NCBI GenBank assembly: GCA_973895155.1
Contig: OZ316896.1
Coordinates: forward strand, 8,453,539-8,517,538
DNA length: 64,000 nt
Reading direction: 5' to 3'
Source of the DNA: Marsupella aquatica
Taxonomy: Eukaryota > Plantae > Marchantiophyta
The notes below the pieces were generated by a model. It was given only the letters and a program-made list of their open reading frames with translations. It did no database searches and was not told where the DNA came from. Each line of letters opens with the position of its first letter. The first letter of the stretch is position 1. This document shows positions 13,291 through 24,574 of this stretch, piece by piece. The position numbers and the translations under genes are program-made.

Positions 13291-13960
13291 CATGGAAGGG
13301 GTCAACATTTTAGGGGTTGTACAACAAAGATTTCTATTCACGTTAGAGATTATGAAATCACGGGTAAAATTTATTTTTCAAATTACTTATTCAATTCCTA
13401 CCGAATGATGACAATGTTGAGCTTATCAGGACCGTCTCTTCAAGATCTTTCTAATGTTCACCATATTATATGTGAGTTTTCATTATGATTTGACTCAGCA
13501 ATGTCAAATTGAAAATTGTTACCGAGAAAATTTTATGTTTTGAATAAAATCAAAATGTAAATAAAACCATTAATGGGAGCAATTTTACCTCAATCTTTTT
13601 GTCTTTTGATATGCATGTCAATTTTTTTACATTCTTTTTTACAACATGGCGTCCCAATTTTTACAGCAAACTTGTCATAAACACGAATGCAAATGTTAAT
13701 TTTATCCAAAAACAAGTCTCTTCCTGTTTGTAGCATGCCATGATGATGTGGCGCTGTGTGGAGCCAGGAATTTTGCAAAGGACCCCTAATGGGGGTCCGT
13801 AATAAGTGAACCTTTTATTGCAAGGTTTTTTGTAGTCACTTAAATTTATGTTCAAAAGAACCTGTAGTCAGGCTAGTCTTTAGTACCATGGTTAGCTGGA
13901 AAATTTTTCTCACATGGTACGTATAACACAAGTGAAAGGCAAACATCCTGAGAAATTTCT

Positions 13961-14068
13961 AGACATTTCAATTCACAGTGAAAGTTGGCCATACCTGGAG
14001 TCTATGGAATTTTATAGACATTTCAATTCACAGTGAAAGTTGGCCATACCTGGAGTCTATGGAATTTT
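13961..14068. repeat. Near-perfect 55-bp tandem duplication
   Basis: agacatttcaattcacagtgaaagttggccatacctggagtctatggaatttt at 13961 and 14016. Confidence 0.92.
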
Positions 14069-14244
14069 CTGGTGAATTGATACAAGTACACCAGTAAAAT
14101 GTGACAAGAAAGAAGACAAACATAGTTTAAAATACCTAAATCTTTCAATGAAATACTCGGTTAGCTAGATTTTTTTTCTCAGATGATACATATTTAGAAA
14201 TCCCTAGCTCTTTCAAATTAATCTCAATTAAGTTGGCCTTATTG

Positions 14245-15050
14245 CTAGGAATTGACTCGAGTTCTCAACCTTAGTTAGTTTGGCCTTATTAACGTTAATT
14301 GACCCTTGGTTAGTTTAGGATAAGATCCACTTATTCAGGCTCACACATCTTAGTCCCCCTTGGGGGGTATAGGTTGGAGGGAGAGCATTCTCTCCCTTAT
14401 TCTTCACATGTTTAATCGAGTTATGGATCCTTCAAGAGTTTCTCCATGATCGTGGTGTCTTGTTGATGTAGTGTGAGATTGAGTGCTCTCATGTTCCACA
14501 TTGTTGTCTAGTCTAGATCTGACGATTTTTTTACAAGTGGTATCAGAGCTTCGTGTTTGAGGTTTGGTTGCCTGGGCAGTGGTGAGAGTGTTCTTTGTGT
14601 TGAATCGTGGTGATGGATCGGATTGTTTTTTCAACAATTTGTGTGATAGTGTCACTGGTCGTTGTGCGCTAGAGGTTTCGCGTTCAGAAGGAGGGACGGT
14701 TTCTTGATTGAAACTTCACATCAAAAGTGTCGGATGTGCTTTGGTTTTCTGAATGTACTGTCAGGCGGATAGTCTTGCGTTACATTGTGCGCATCGGCAG
14801 GCACTTAATTTGTCTTGGTGAAAGTTTCACAGCGTTTCATCTCACGAGTGCGGGGCAATATCATTTTACGTTTTGCTATTTATAGCCTAATTTCTTTGGC
14901 TATGGAGGCTAAGTGCTTGGTTTGACCTTGTACGGGGTCTTGGGTTGATGTTTTCTCGGGAAAACATCTATATTTTTTTTTTGTTGGAAAGTGATTTTTG
15001 GACATGATTTTTGGAAAGTGAACAATGATTTTGTCCAAAAATCAGGTAGT
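14245..15050 (+). mobile_element. Truncated LTR retrotransposon: 5' LTR (ends TTACA at 14535), PBS and leader
   Basis: TGGTATCAGAGC at 14538-14549 (canonical initiator tRNA-Met primer-binding site) lies 2 nt after ...ttaca. 14245-14535 aligns with the inverted copy at 48582-48858, and the homology stops at TTACA. LTR 5' end and element 3' extent are uncertain. Confidence 0.85.
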
Positions 15051-15055
15051 GTTTA

Positions 15056-15224
15056 ACTCTTTGCACTTGAAAATGCAATTAACATTGCAAAATGGTCAGG
15101 AAGAAGGGAAGAACCGGACTCCTTGCAATTACAGAGCAAGATATTCGTCGTGTAGTGGAGTACTCTTTGCACTTTAAAAAGTACACTATGGCTGGGCACA
15201 AGGGAAGAACCGGACTCCTTGCAA
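15056..15224. repeat. Tandem duplication upstream of GCS1
   Basis: actctttgcactt...aagggaagaaccggactccttgcaa present twice (from 15056 and ~15162). Confidence 0.85.
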
Positions 15225-15492
15225 GTAGGGAGGGTTTGTACTAACGGAGTGTGCACTTAGGGAGAGCCAGCACCGTGGTGAACGAATGCGGATTCTGTAG
15301 AGTGTGAAGGAAAAACAACTCTGTACAGTCAAGCTCTCCGAAACAGAGAGCTCAGGTGTCTCCTCACTTCCATTCCCTTCCGGCGATTGATGTAATGGAG
15401 GCCTAGAGTAGAGTCTTTCTCAGGCAGGCAGTGGAGGACGGGGGAGTAGATCGTCGTTGCAAAATTGGAATTTGGTTTTTCATGCACTTCCA

Positions 15493-18039
15493 ATGAAGGA
15501 ACCACGCAGGAGAACTCCGCGGCCGCCCTCCGCTGCTGCTGCTGCTGAGAAGGACCATGTGTCTGCCTCTGCCCTCTCGAAGGCCAGAACATCGAAGGCC
15601 AAACAGGGAGCTTGGTGTTGGGGAGGAGCTGCTTGGTATGCAACTTTCGTCGCCCTTGCGCTTTTCTTGTTTGCTTTTTGGTACTGGAAAATACTCTTTG
15701 GGGCGCCCGTTCTGAAGCCCAGGGCTATCACTCCCCTCCCTGTGGCCCGAGTCACCGACTTGCAGCAATTTCAGGGAGAGCACCGGGAACGCTTGTTTTG
15801 GGGGACATACAGACCTCATCTCTACTTAGGCATCCGGTCCAGGACTCCGAAATCGTTGCTGGCGGGGTTGATGTGGATTGGGGCCAAGGACGGGAGCTAT
15901 TCTCTTCGGCATACCTGTGAAGAAGGGGATAAGCTCAGTAGATATGGATGGCTGAGACATGATGGCGCCACCTATGGACAGCAGGAGCTGCTTGATCAGG
16001 GTTTGCTGGTGTCCACATCATTCGTCAAAAGCAATGATCAAGGCAGTGGCTATGGGGGAGACTGGGCAGTCCGAATCCGAGCTGAAGACGCAACAGAATC
16101 GAACAATACGGGTGAAAACAGGATGCCTCAGAGCAGGTTGGGGTCAGTGTTTTTCTACATGGCTGCAGAGGAAGGGTTGTCATTGAGACTCTGGCCAGAA
16201 GGTGCAAATAAGGAAGACGGTCCTTTTGCAGGAGGAGTGGCCGACGAGATTGGCAAGTGGGAGATACATGCCAAGTATAAGGACGGATTGACCATGAACC
16301 ATGTTGGATTCCGCCACCTTGAGATCCACGGCATGGCAAAGCATCTGTGGTCGATTTTGGAGACACAGGCGAGAACAAGGAGAGTTATACAACTTCCAGA
16401 CAATGCTGAAGCAAATTCAAACGTGGCAGTGATTCAGCTCACAGGCACATTACCTTTCGATTTGGATATCGTCTTTGTGTCAGGAGTGGAGAAACAGTCT
16501 TCTCAGGTGAAAACCCGTGTCGAGAATCTAATGGGGGCTGCACTTGGAAAAAGATTAGTTGAAAAGGAGCAAGAATTCGAAGATCGCTTTGAAGACACCT
16601 TCAAACTACGTGAGAAAGTTGAGAGCAGCAGGGAACTGGAGGTTGGAAAAGTTGCCCTTAGCAACATGCTTGGGGGCATTGGGTATTTTTATGGGCAATC
16701 CAAAATTGCCATTCCTCCTGAATTTGTGGATCCTCACTCTGACGGTCCTAATCACTGGCTGTACTGGCCCGCAGAGCTATACTCAGCTGTGCCCAGTCGA
16801 TCATTCTTCCCACGTGGATTTCTATGGGATGAAGGCTTTCATCAACTCGTTGTCAGCAAGTGGGATCGAAATATTAGCTTAGACATAATTGGCCACTGGT
16901 TAGATCTCATGAATGTTGATGGCTGGATTCCACGAGAGCAGATTCTGGGTTATGAGGCTCGTGGCAAAGTTGGGGAAGAATGGCACAATCAGTACACAAG
17001 CAATGCAAATCCACCTGCACTCATGCTTGTACTTAAGCGCCTTGCCCTTGACTTCAAGTCTGATGAGAGGAAAGGTCAATCAGAGAAGGAAGATTTGCAG
17101 TATTTCAAGACCATATATCCTAGACTACAAGCTTGGTTCAACTGGTTTAACACAACTCAGGCGGGCAAGGAACCAGGGACTTATTACTGGCATGGAAGAG
17201 ACTCAAATACGCATAGAGAATTAAATCCGAAAACTTTGAGTTCAGGCCTTGATGATTATCCGCGTGCTTCTCATCCATCTGACGATGAACGCCATGTGGA
17301 TCTCTGGTGTTGGATGGCGCTTGCTGCAGAGACAATGACCTTGATCGCTGGCATAGCTGGTGAGCCTCATGAAAAGTACGAAGCAACTGCTAGAAGCCTA
17401 ATGAACCTAACGCGACTAAATGAGATGCATTATGACTTCTCATCAGGCCGATACTCTGACTATGGGAATCATACAGAGAAGGTCAAGCTGAGGTGGCAAG
17501 AAGTTCAGGATCCAAACACAGGTTTTGTGCAGAGAATTCTACGTAGGGCCGTGCTACAGCAACCAAGGCTTACCTTGGTCCCGCATTTTGGTTATGTTAG
17601 CTTCTTTCCTTTTGCGATGCAGATAATCCCTCATGCTTCCCCTATTATTGGACACCATTTGGAGATGTTGCATAATCATCAGTTGCTGTGGACAGATTTT
17701 GGTCTCCGGTCTCTTGCAACTGACAGTTCTATATATATGAAGAGAAACACAGAACATGATGCACCATACTGGAGGGGCCCAATCTGGATCAGCATGAACT
17801 ATCTTATTTTATCAGCCCTCCACGAGTATGCCACAGTGGAAGGACCCTACCGAAAGACGGCTGCTATCATCTATCCTCAACTTCGTCAAAATCTCATCAG
17901 GAATATTGTCGACAAATACTATGAGAGCGGCTATCTATGGGAAAACTACAACGTTGCAGCAAAAGGTAAGGGACAAGGATCCCATCCATTTACAGGGTGG
18001 ACTTCATTAGTTCTTCTAATGATGGGAGAGATTTACTGA
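15493..18039 (+). CDS. GCS1: Mannosyl-oligosaccharide glucosidase (ER alpha-glucosidase I, GH63; MOGS/KNOPF), 848 aa, no introns in the CDS
   Basis: First ATG at 15493 (the ORF-track start 15457 is TTG). Arg-rich tail plus type II TM segment. Motifs LFWGTYRP, YGWLRHDG, VPSRSFFPRGFLWDEGFH, GWIPREQILG, PKTLSSGLDDYPR, YWRGPIW, WENY, FTGWT. Confidence 0.97.
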   Translation: MKEPRRRTPRPPSAAAAAEKDHVSASALSKARTSKAKQGAWCWGGAAWYATFVALALFLFAFWYWKILFGAPVLKPRAITPLPVARVTDLQQFQGEHRERLFWGTYRPHLYLGIRSRTPKSLLAGLMWIGAKDGSYSLRHTCEEGDKLSRYGWLRHDGATYGQQELLDQGLLVSTSFVKSNDQGSGYGGDWAVRIRAEDATESNNTGENRMPQSRLGSVFFYMAAEEGLSLRLWPEGANKEDGPFAGGVADEIGKWEIHAKYKDGLTMNHVGFRHLEIHGMAKHLWSILETQARTRRVIQLPDNAEANSNVAVIQLTGTLPFDLDIVFVSGVEKQSSQVKTRVENLMGAALGKRLVEKEQEFEDRFEDTFKLREKVESSRELEVGKVALSNMLGGIGYFYGQSKIAIPPEFVDPHSDGPNHWLYWPAELYSAVPSRSFFPRGFLWDEGFHQLVVSKWDRNISLDIIGHWLDLMNVDGWIPREQILGYEARGKVGEEWHNQYTSNANPPALMLVLKRLALDFKSDERKGQSEKEDLQYFKTIYPRLQAWFNWFNTTQAGKEPGTYYWHGRDSNTHRELNPKTLSSGLDDYPRASHPSDDERHVDLWCWMALAAETMTLIAGIAGEPHEKYEATARSLMNLTRLNEMHYDFSSGRYSDYGNHTEKVKLRWQEVQDPNTGFVQRILRRAVLQQPRLTLVPHFGYVSFFPFAMQIIPHASPIIGHHLEMLHNHQLLWTDFGLRSLATDSSIYMKRNTEHDAPYWRGPIWISMNYLILSALHEYATVEGPYRKTAAIIYPQLRQNLIRNIVDKYYESGYLWENYNVAAKGKGQGSHPFTGWTSLVLLMMGEIY

Positions 18040-18453
18040 GAACCACTGGAAAGTGTATGAACGAGAGTACTCCATTAGTTTTCCATTAGCCAAAGGATTG
18101 ATCTCCAAATGTAGATCCTGTGGAGATACGGATAGTAGAAAGTAGGAAAGTTAAGAGCAATTCGATTGTAAACAGTAGAACAGCTAAGGCGATTGCCCTC
18201 TATGTCTAAGGTTTGTCACGGGAGACCATGGACCAAGTCTGTGAATGTTGATTGAAAAGCTCATCCAAATTTAGAAAAACGAAGAATGGCACAAACCCCC
18301 CCTGTTGCATGCATACTCAGTATGCTTGATTGTTACCAGAAGGCACCGAGCTCGTACAACTGTCTTGTGACTACTGGGTATCCACTGCCTATTAAACCAA
18401 GCGTGCTGCTTCGTCATATATTGCACTGAAATTCAAAGATATATTGGCTTTAA

Positions 18454-18599
18454 ACCACCATTGCCCATAGAAAAGGAGAAGTGACCAAGACTTCTCCCTT
18501 TTCACATTCCTCTCCTCTAGAGTGAGAGCTCCACAACTTCAAGAAAAAGGTACTAAAAATGGTGAAACCCGGTGGATCCTTGTCATGGACAGTGGTGCT
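18454..18599. mobile_element. TTAA-flanked MITE, older copy of the family at 35731-35895
   Basis: TTAA on both sides. TIRs accaccattgcccat / atggacagtggtgct. Interior (gaagtg..aagactt, ctccacaa.ttca.gaa, atggtgaaacc) is collinear with 35731-35895. Confidence 0.75.
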
Positions 18600-18981
18600 T
18601 TAAATCACACCGGCCACTATAAAAGCCTCATTCCATGTCTCATTACTCACCATAAAAGGTGGAACACTAGCACCTTTTGTGGAGTACTTGTCAAAAAAAG
18701 GTTTTGCAATCAGCACCTTTTGTGGAGTTCAAAGTCCATTCTTGAACCAATATTCTTTACAATGAGAGCTACGGGTTACCCGTAGCCCTTTATAGTGACA
18801 GGTGTGGTCACAACCTTGGCCAGCAGCTGTTTTTGAACCATATGCTCAATATGAATTTTGAAAGATGTTTCCAAGGGTCATTGTGTTGCATGATGAACCT
18901 GTGGGGGGAAATCGGTTGCATCATTAGCCATTGGAACAAAGAGAGTCCTTTAACAAAGTTTTGAGAACTCTGGTTATTCTT

Positions 18982-19053
18982 AAGATTTGCACTATTTCAA
19001 GACCATGTATCCAGACAACAAGCTTGGTTTAACAGATGTAACACAACTCAGGC
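18982..19053 (+). pseudogene. Degenerate ~72-bp copy of GCS1 coding sequence (source 17090-17163)
   Basis: aagatttgcactatttcaagaccatgtatcc-agacaacaagcttggtttaacagatgtaacacaactcaggc vs aagatttgcagtatttcaagaccatatatcctagactacaagcttggttcaactggtttaacacaactcaggc. Confidence 0.92.
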
Positions 19054-20089
19054 CTAATCTGATGCTCCTTCTTAACCTTGGGAGATCTGGTGACCAGAAA
19101 CTAATGTAGAAACATCAGATAAGGAACGTTTGTAGCATCTTCTCATCCACCCAAGGTGTCATTCACTCAAGGGTTACTCACGGTGGCCAGAACTAATCTA
19201 CTCACGGTGTAGGGTCTCCAGTTTGCTCTAAACTAACTTAGCTATTAAAATAGTTTGAGGGGCAGTTCAGTATTTTGTGTGGTTTTGTGAATAGCAGTGC
19301 ATTTTTTACTGAATTCCTGAAGTGGTGTGAACGGCTAATGCAGCAACTTACCCTCTCTTAGCTGCTGGTGGCTTCTTGGAATATACCTACAACTTTATAT
19401 TAAACGTAGACTGTTAGATTCTATGGGATCACATTTACACAGTTAGATCTTGGCTTATGTTTCTAAATGGACTTGCTAAAATGGCAAACTCTTTCTTAAA
19501 ATCACAATTTTTCTCCTTTGAACTCTTTGAATAGTGCTGAGTTGGCTCAATTTTGCCATTAACAAATCTGTGGCGAGTAGGGTAGTTAAAACCAGTTATT
19601 AAAGATACAGCACCATCATATTAGAGAAACTAAACAAACTCATTTGAACATGCGGATAGCCAGCCAGGAAACTAAATTCTTGCAAAGTTTTCAAGTTAAC
19701 CACAATCTTCCAAATAGACTCTTTTCTTCATTCTGTTTGGACATGAATAGTTGGATTGTTATCTCGCTAACTATTGAGAAGGAAAAGGCACACTTTTTAG
19801 CATCCACTATCACTCTCACACAAAGATCCCCAGAGAACTTACAACCTCCCCTTCAACAGGTTTTATTGGGGCATTAGATCAAAGAAAGAAGAAGAGTGAA
19901 GTGAACCTAAAACATAGTTAATCAAGTACTTCAATGGCCACTAATCTATCACAGAGTAAAGAAATTTTGATACCTATCTCTAAATTGTGCTAAGATTATG
20001 CTTTCAAACAACTACTCTCTTCAATCTATTTGGACCAATGATGATTGTTTTAGCAAACCAATCCACTCAGTAGCAAAAGTCTCTTTGGT

Positions 20090-23000
20090 ACATGACCCTG
20101 GAGGTCCTAGAGTACTTCCCGCTTGTAATTTAGTAGCCTTTGTTTTGAAGAAGGTGGTATGTTAGGTTAGGTCAATCAAGGCCAGTGAAGAACGCAACAT
20201 GAAGGAGATCTGATGTGATGATTGTTGACAAAGCTAAGGATCAAAATTGGCTAATGAGGTAGACATCGTAGACCCGAGTGTACGAGGATATGCTGTGTGC
20301 TAAGCCTATAAGACAACCTGCTTGAGACTTACGAACTACATTATGAAGAAGGTCATGGAGAGGATCACTCACTGTAGGCAAAACTTTAGCCAGAATATTG
20401 TACACCAGATTGAGACAAGTTTTATGATTTCTTGTGTAGAGATTTGTGTATCATTATTTGCTAACAGATAACTGTTTTGCATAAATCTACATATTTTAAA
20501 TTCAATTTTAGATTGAATTGTCCACATTTCTAGAAAGACACACAAGAGCATAAGTTTAGCTACATTTTTCTTGTGGCCGTACTCATTCTGGATGATTGCT
20601 CACAAGTTAAATGAATGCATAGATTTATAACAAATAGAATTGAGTATCAACCTAGGTCTTAGGAGATATGCGACAAATCTTTGATACAAACTGTTGACTC
20701 TTTATTCTGGGAATTTTTTTGGATAATTGGTTTCTAGTTGGATTGAGCTATCTATCTAAAATTCCATGAAAGATCAGGCAAATTTTGACCTGTGGTGACG
20801 TCCAGCTAAACTTTTGCAAACCATGGGGTTTAAGTTTATGGTCACTTGATAGAAATTATAATTTCACACACTCTTGAATGAAACGATGTTTAGGCGACAA
20901 ATTTGTTTATCATTTCCATAGCCTTATCCAGGCACGTAATTCATTTTTTGTATGATTGTATCAAAGTCATGCATGCCATATGACGTTCAACTATAGAATG
21001 TTCAAAAAGATTTGAAGAGACCATATTAATACTCAGAGTTATGCTTTGATGTTTGTATATTGGAGAAACCCAAATCCAACCAAAGCTTGAATCTGTGCAG
21101 TTACCTGGAAAGTATGCAGAACCCACATGCAACATCTACAATTCTATTGGTCCTTGCACTGACATGTCTTTTTCAAGCCTCCCTTGGAAAGAATTATGGG
21201 AAAATGATTTTGGGGCAAGTTTACTTGGAAGAATTAAAAGACACTCCTCCCCGAATTATTCAGCAGGGCGACTGTGTGGAATACATTTTCCCACGGAAGC
21301 ACATGGGCAAATTTGGTATATGTTAATGCTTCTCTCAATTTATCGGTTGTCAGCCTGCATTTATGTGAGGAGCAGATAAATCTAAGCTGTACAGTATATG
21401 AAAACTATTTTGCATGGTCTTCAAATTATCTAAACCTGCTATTCTTCTAGCTTCATCACTAGTTTTTGATGACTATATTTAAGTTGTAGTGTTTTTCGTG
21501 GAATTTGAGTCGTATACCAATACTACACGACGCCAAATAGTCATTTTTATTATCAGTTTATTGGTAATTTCTCAAAGGGGCAACATATTGTGATTTTTGT
21601 CATATTCATTCATGAGTACTAGCCTGATTTACCCCTTTCTTTGAACATAAGTAGAGATGATGACAACAAAAATCTTGTAAAACAAAGATGCTCTTGTTCA
21701 TCTTTGCCTCCAACGCTTGTTTTTTCACCCTCACTTCTACTTTGTCTTTATTGAGAGTCACTCTTAGTTTTGTCATAATATAGAGTCAATGTCAGTTTTG
21801 TTAAATTTTGCTCCCATTACCGTTTTTGGGTCCACTTCAAAATTGAAACGTGAAAACTAGAGGCTTCACTGTAGACAGTAGCCCTTGAAAGTAGCTTTGT
21901 ATTGCACTTTATTAGTAAGAGTTATTTATACTTTATTTTTGGTAAAGTTTTGTCAATCTCTAGAAGATTATTTCAAACTTTAAGTCATTTCCTGGGAGAC
22001 CTGCAGTAGATGTTTTACTGTCAAATCTCTTGGTGTCAAAACTGAGCTAGGCAATGTGGCTTAATTGGACGAACCAAGAGTAGTTGCGTAAAACAGTAAG
22101 TGCTTCCCAATTAGAGACTAATCTATCGTTCATTTAGAGTGTATATCTACACTTGAGCTGGTAATTTGCTTGTTAATTGTAGGGCAGCCTGGTGGAGGAC
22201 ATGGGCAAGCATAAGAACTGAATTGTTGGTATGGTGGTCATTTTGGTAGATTAAATCCATCTTCCAGAATCCAGGTTGTTGATAGGCAATTGGGTATTAC
22301 AACTTTGTTTCCTCTTGGCCACTTAAATTTATAGAAATCTTTTGAATGTTGTCTTCTTCTTTAAACTTCATCCACATTTCTCAAATACATGTGTTTCATC
22401 CTCCGTAGATCATGGTCTCACTTTGAACCAAAAAACCTCTATAAATCTGACAGAAAATAAACAATGTTAATGCACCAGGTGCCATTGAAGCTTGTATGAG
22501 GGAGAATTGCAATTTTGAGATAACTGAAAGTGGGGTCATACCCCCCCACTATGAATCTAATACAGTTGGACAGGGGATTGATTGTTTCCTAAAACTTCAA
22601 GACAAGGGTGGACTTGATATTTTAGAAAACAATGAAAACCCACGTATGGTAAAGACACTGTTAGAGAACAGTGGCCCAAAGGCATCCGACACAGTTGGCT
22701 ATGAAATCACTCTAGAAGACACATACCAAACACAAGTTGATTATGAGAAAGAGTATGAACCTGGACGCTTCACACGAGAACCTACTTTGATCATCCGTAA
22801 ATATGAGTGGAGGTGGTTTGTGAAGGATCATGCTGTCAATGCTGAAATTGTTTCAACCCTTCCCAAAGCAAATCTTTCTAGTTTCTATTACTGATACTTA
22901 GATAAATCTTGGGGTCCTTGCAAAGGCTTTTGAAAATGAAAGATGATATTGTGTTTCTGGAATTGTCTTTTGGTAGACCATGATAGGATACAAACAGTGA

Positions 23001-23140
23001 ATCCAAGAGTTGTAATATAACAAGCAAGAAAATTTTAAAATAATTGGTGAGTAGGTAATTGCCATATCTTTGCATGTTATCACCAAAAGAATGTAAATAC
23101 CATGACAATATTGATAAAGAGTCTTTGGTGTGCCTGTAAG
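20090..23140 (+). pseudogene. Decayed coding-like remnant of unknown family
   Basis: Protein-like segments with scattered stops (KLANEVDIVDPSVRGYAVC ~20265-20320; ORFs 21053-21379 and 22496-22894) and splice-like signals (gtaag ~22096, caccag| 22478, gtaag ~23136). No family recognised. Confidence 0.35.
21617..21900. repeat. Dispersed repeat family; other copies ~25910-26190 and, partial, ~52525-52910
   Basis: Shared blocks actagcc...ttgaacat, tgtctttattgagagtca, ag(g/t)cttcact(g/c)taga and aaagtagcttt. Confidence 0.7.
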
Positions 23141-23383
23141 TTTAACAATTCTGGAGGTCATTCATATTCATTCTAAAAATCTCTATCATGATGTATTTTT
23201 TCAAGAGCATCCCCACCGTCTTGTTTTGTCCTAGAATCCTCACCATCTAGGCTGTACAATTAACTACAGTTCAACAACTATAAATCAGCTGGGTTCAGCC
23301 AATTTTGTTTTTGTTATCAAAATTTGCCAAGGTGGACACTTGTTCTAGAAGGATGGCAGGAACTCTACAGTACAACAATGTAG

Positions 23384-24574
23384 TTAGTGTACGGTAGTTA
23401 GGCAGTACAGATAGTCAACTGTACAGGAAGTTCTGGTGAACAATTCCACAGTGGATTTGATGGTGGCAAAATGACAGAGATTCTTTTTAATGTTAGCCCC
23501 AGTATCAAATGCCAAGTCATTTTTAAGGTAAGTGATTGGCAATTTCTTGCCAAAAATAAATGAATTATTAAAGTGGCAAATTTCTACACCATAATAGTCA
23601 TTGTCAGACCCATAGTCAATCACCTCTGCATAGTAGTACATGTCATTGACTATATTTAGAAGCCAAGTTCGGGGCCAAGTTAATACAATGAGCAACAGTT
23701 GTGGACTCTTTAAAAAACATGTGGAAACCAATATGCAACAGTTTTACAGCTTGCTAGATGTGTCCAAATATCACTACTAAGGAGCATTGATATTGTTCTT
23801 GAGTTGTCAGTGTCACTTGCAAATATGGAATCCATGAGATTTCTAAGATGAGCCAATAAAACCGATTAAAAGTGCCAAGTTTTAATACAGTCATAGGAAT
23901 GTAGTTCAATGCAGGCCAGGGACGGGTGGATTCATTTGGGAGATTTGAAAACTGGGTTTTACTATCTCGGGGGGGGGGGGGGGGGTCACTTCCACGGAAG
24001 TGGCACATCACGTGCGACGAAGTATAGGCCCATTTAAATAAGTGTGGCGGAAGACTTCCAAAGTTTGGTGGAAGAACACATAGGGCATGTTTTATTGACT
24101 GGTCAACTTTAAAGAACACATAGGCCTATTTAATTATAAAAAATACTTTCTTTAAAGTTTTTAGGAGTTTTTTAATAAATAATATCAAAATTTAAAGAGA
24201 GAAAGGGCTTTGCAAAAAAAAAAATTTCACTTATAAGTTAGGGGGTCAAACCCTAAAACATCGCACGCGATGTATGGCCCTCCATATAGTGACCCCCCCC
24301 GAGTTTACTATGTCTCCATCACTTGAGTCACAATTTCACACCTTTCCATAGTATTTAGTTTATATAGCAGGATGCGACCTTTTTGTTAGACATTTACTAT
24401 TGGGTCTAGAGTTACTTTGGAACTAGTGCAATCATAGTCAAGTATTTTATTAAGGTTCCATGTGCAATCAATGTATTCACTAGCATCACTTAGCTTGTAA
24501 TTCAAATTGGGCTCATTGTTACTAAACCATCTAAGAGATAGGGAGAACTTATATGTGGAGACTAGGTAGGCCAA
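23384..24574 (-). pseudogene. Decayed coding-like remnant interrupted by a MITE
   Basis: Protein-like minus-strand ORF pieces 24386-24574 and 23384-23731, with sparse-stop frames between them on both sides of the 23966-24303 insertion. Confidence 0.3.
23966..24303. mobile_element. 338-bp MITE with CTCG(G)nTCACT termini and 8-bp TSD
   Basis: Left ctcgggg...gggtcact, right agtgaccccccccgag. Inner inverted match acatcacgtgcga / tcgcacgcgatgt. Identical 8-bp TSD tttactat at 23958-23965 and 24304-24311. Confidence 0.9.

Noticed and set aside
15457-15492. ORF-track start of GCS1 at 15457
   Set aside because: It is a TTG codon; the first in-frame ATG is 15493.
18522-18785. Copia protease-like motif WILVMDSGALNHTG, which would place GCS1 inside a Copia element
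   Set aside because: The codons for VMDSGAL are the right TIR and TTAA flank of the MITE at 18454-18599, which is collinear with 35731-35895, so the motif is most likely coincidental.
19590-19640. KIQHHHIRE resembling the Copia RNase H motif
   Set aside because: Too short, and the flanking KHI and ADxLTK motifs are missing.
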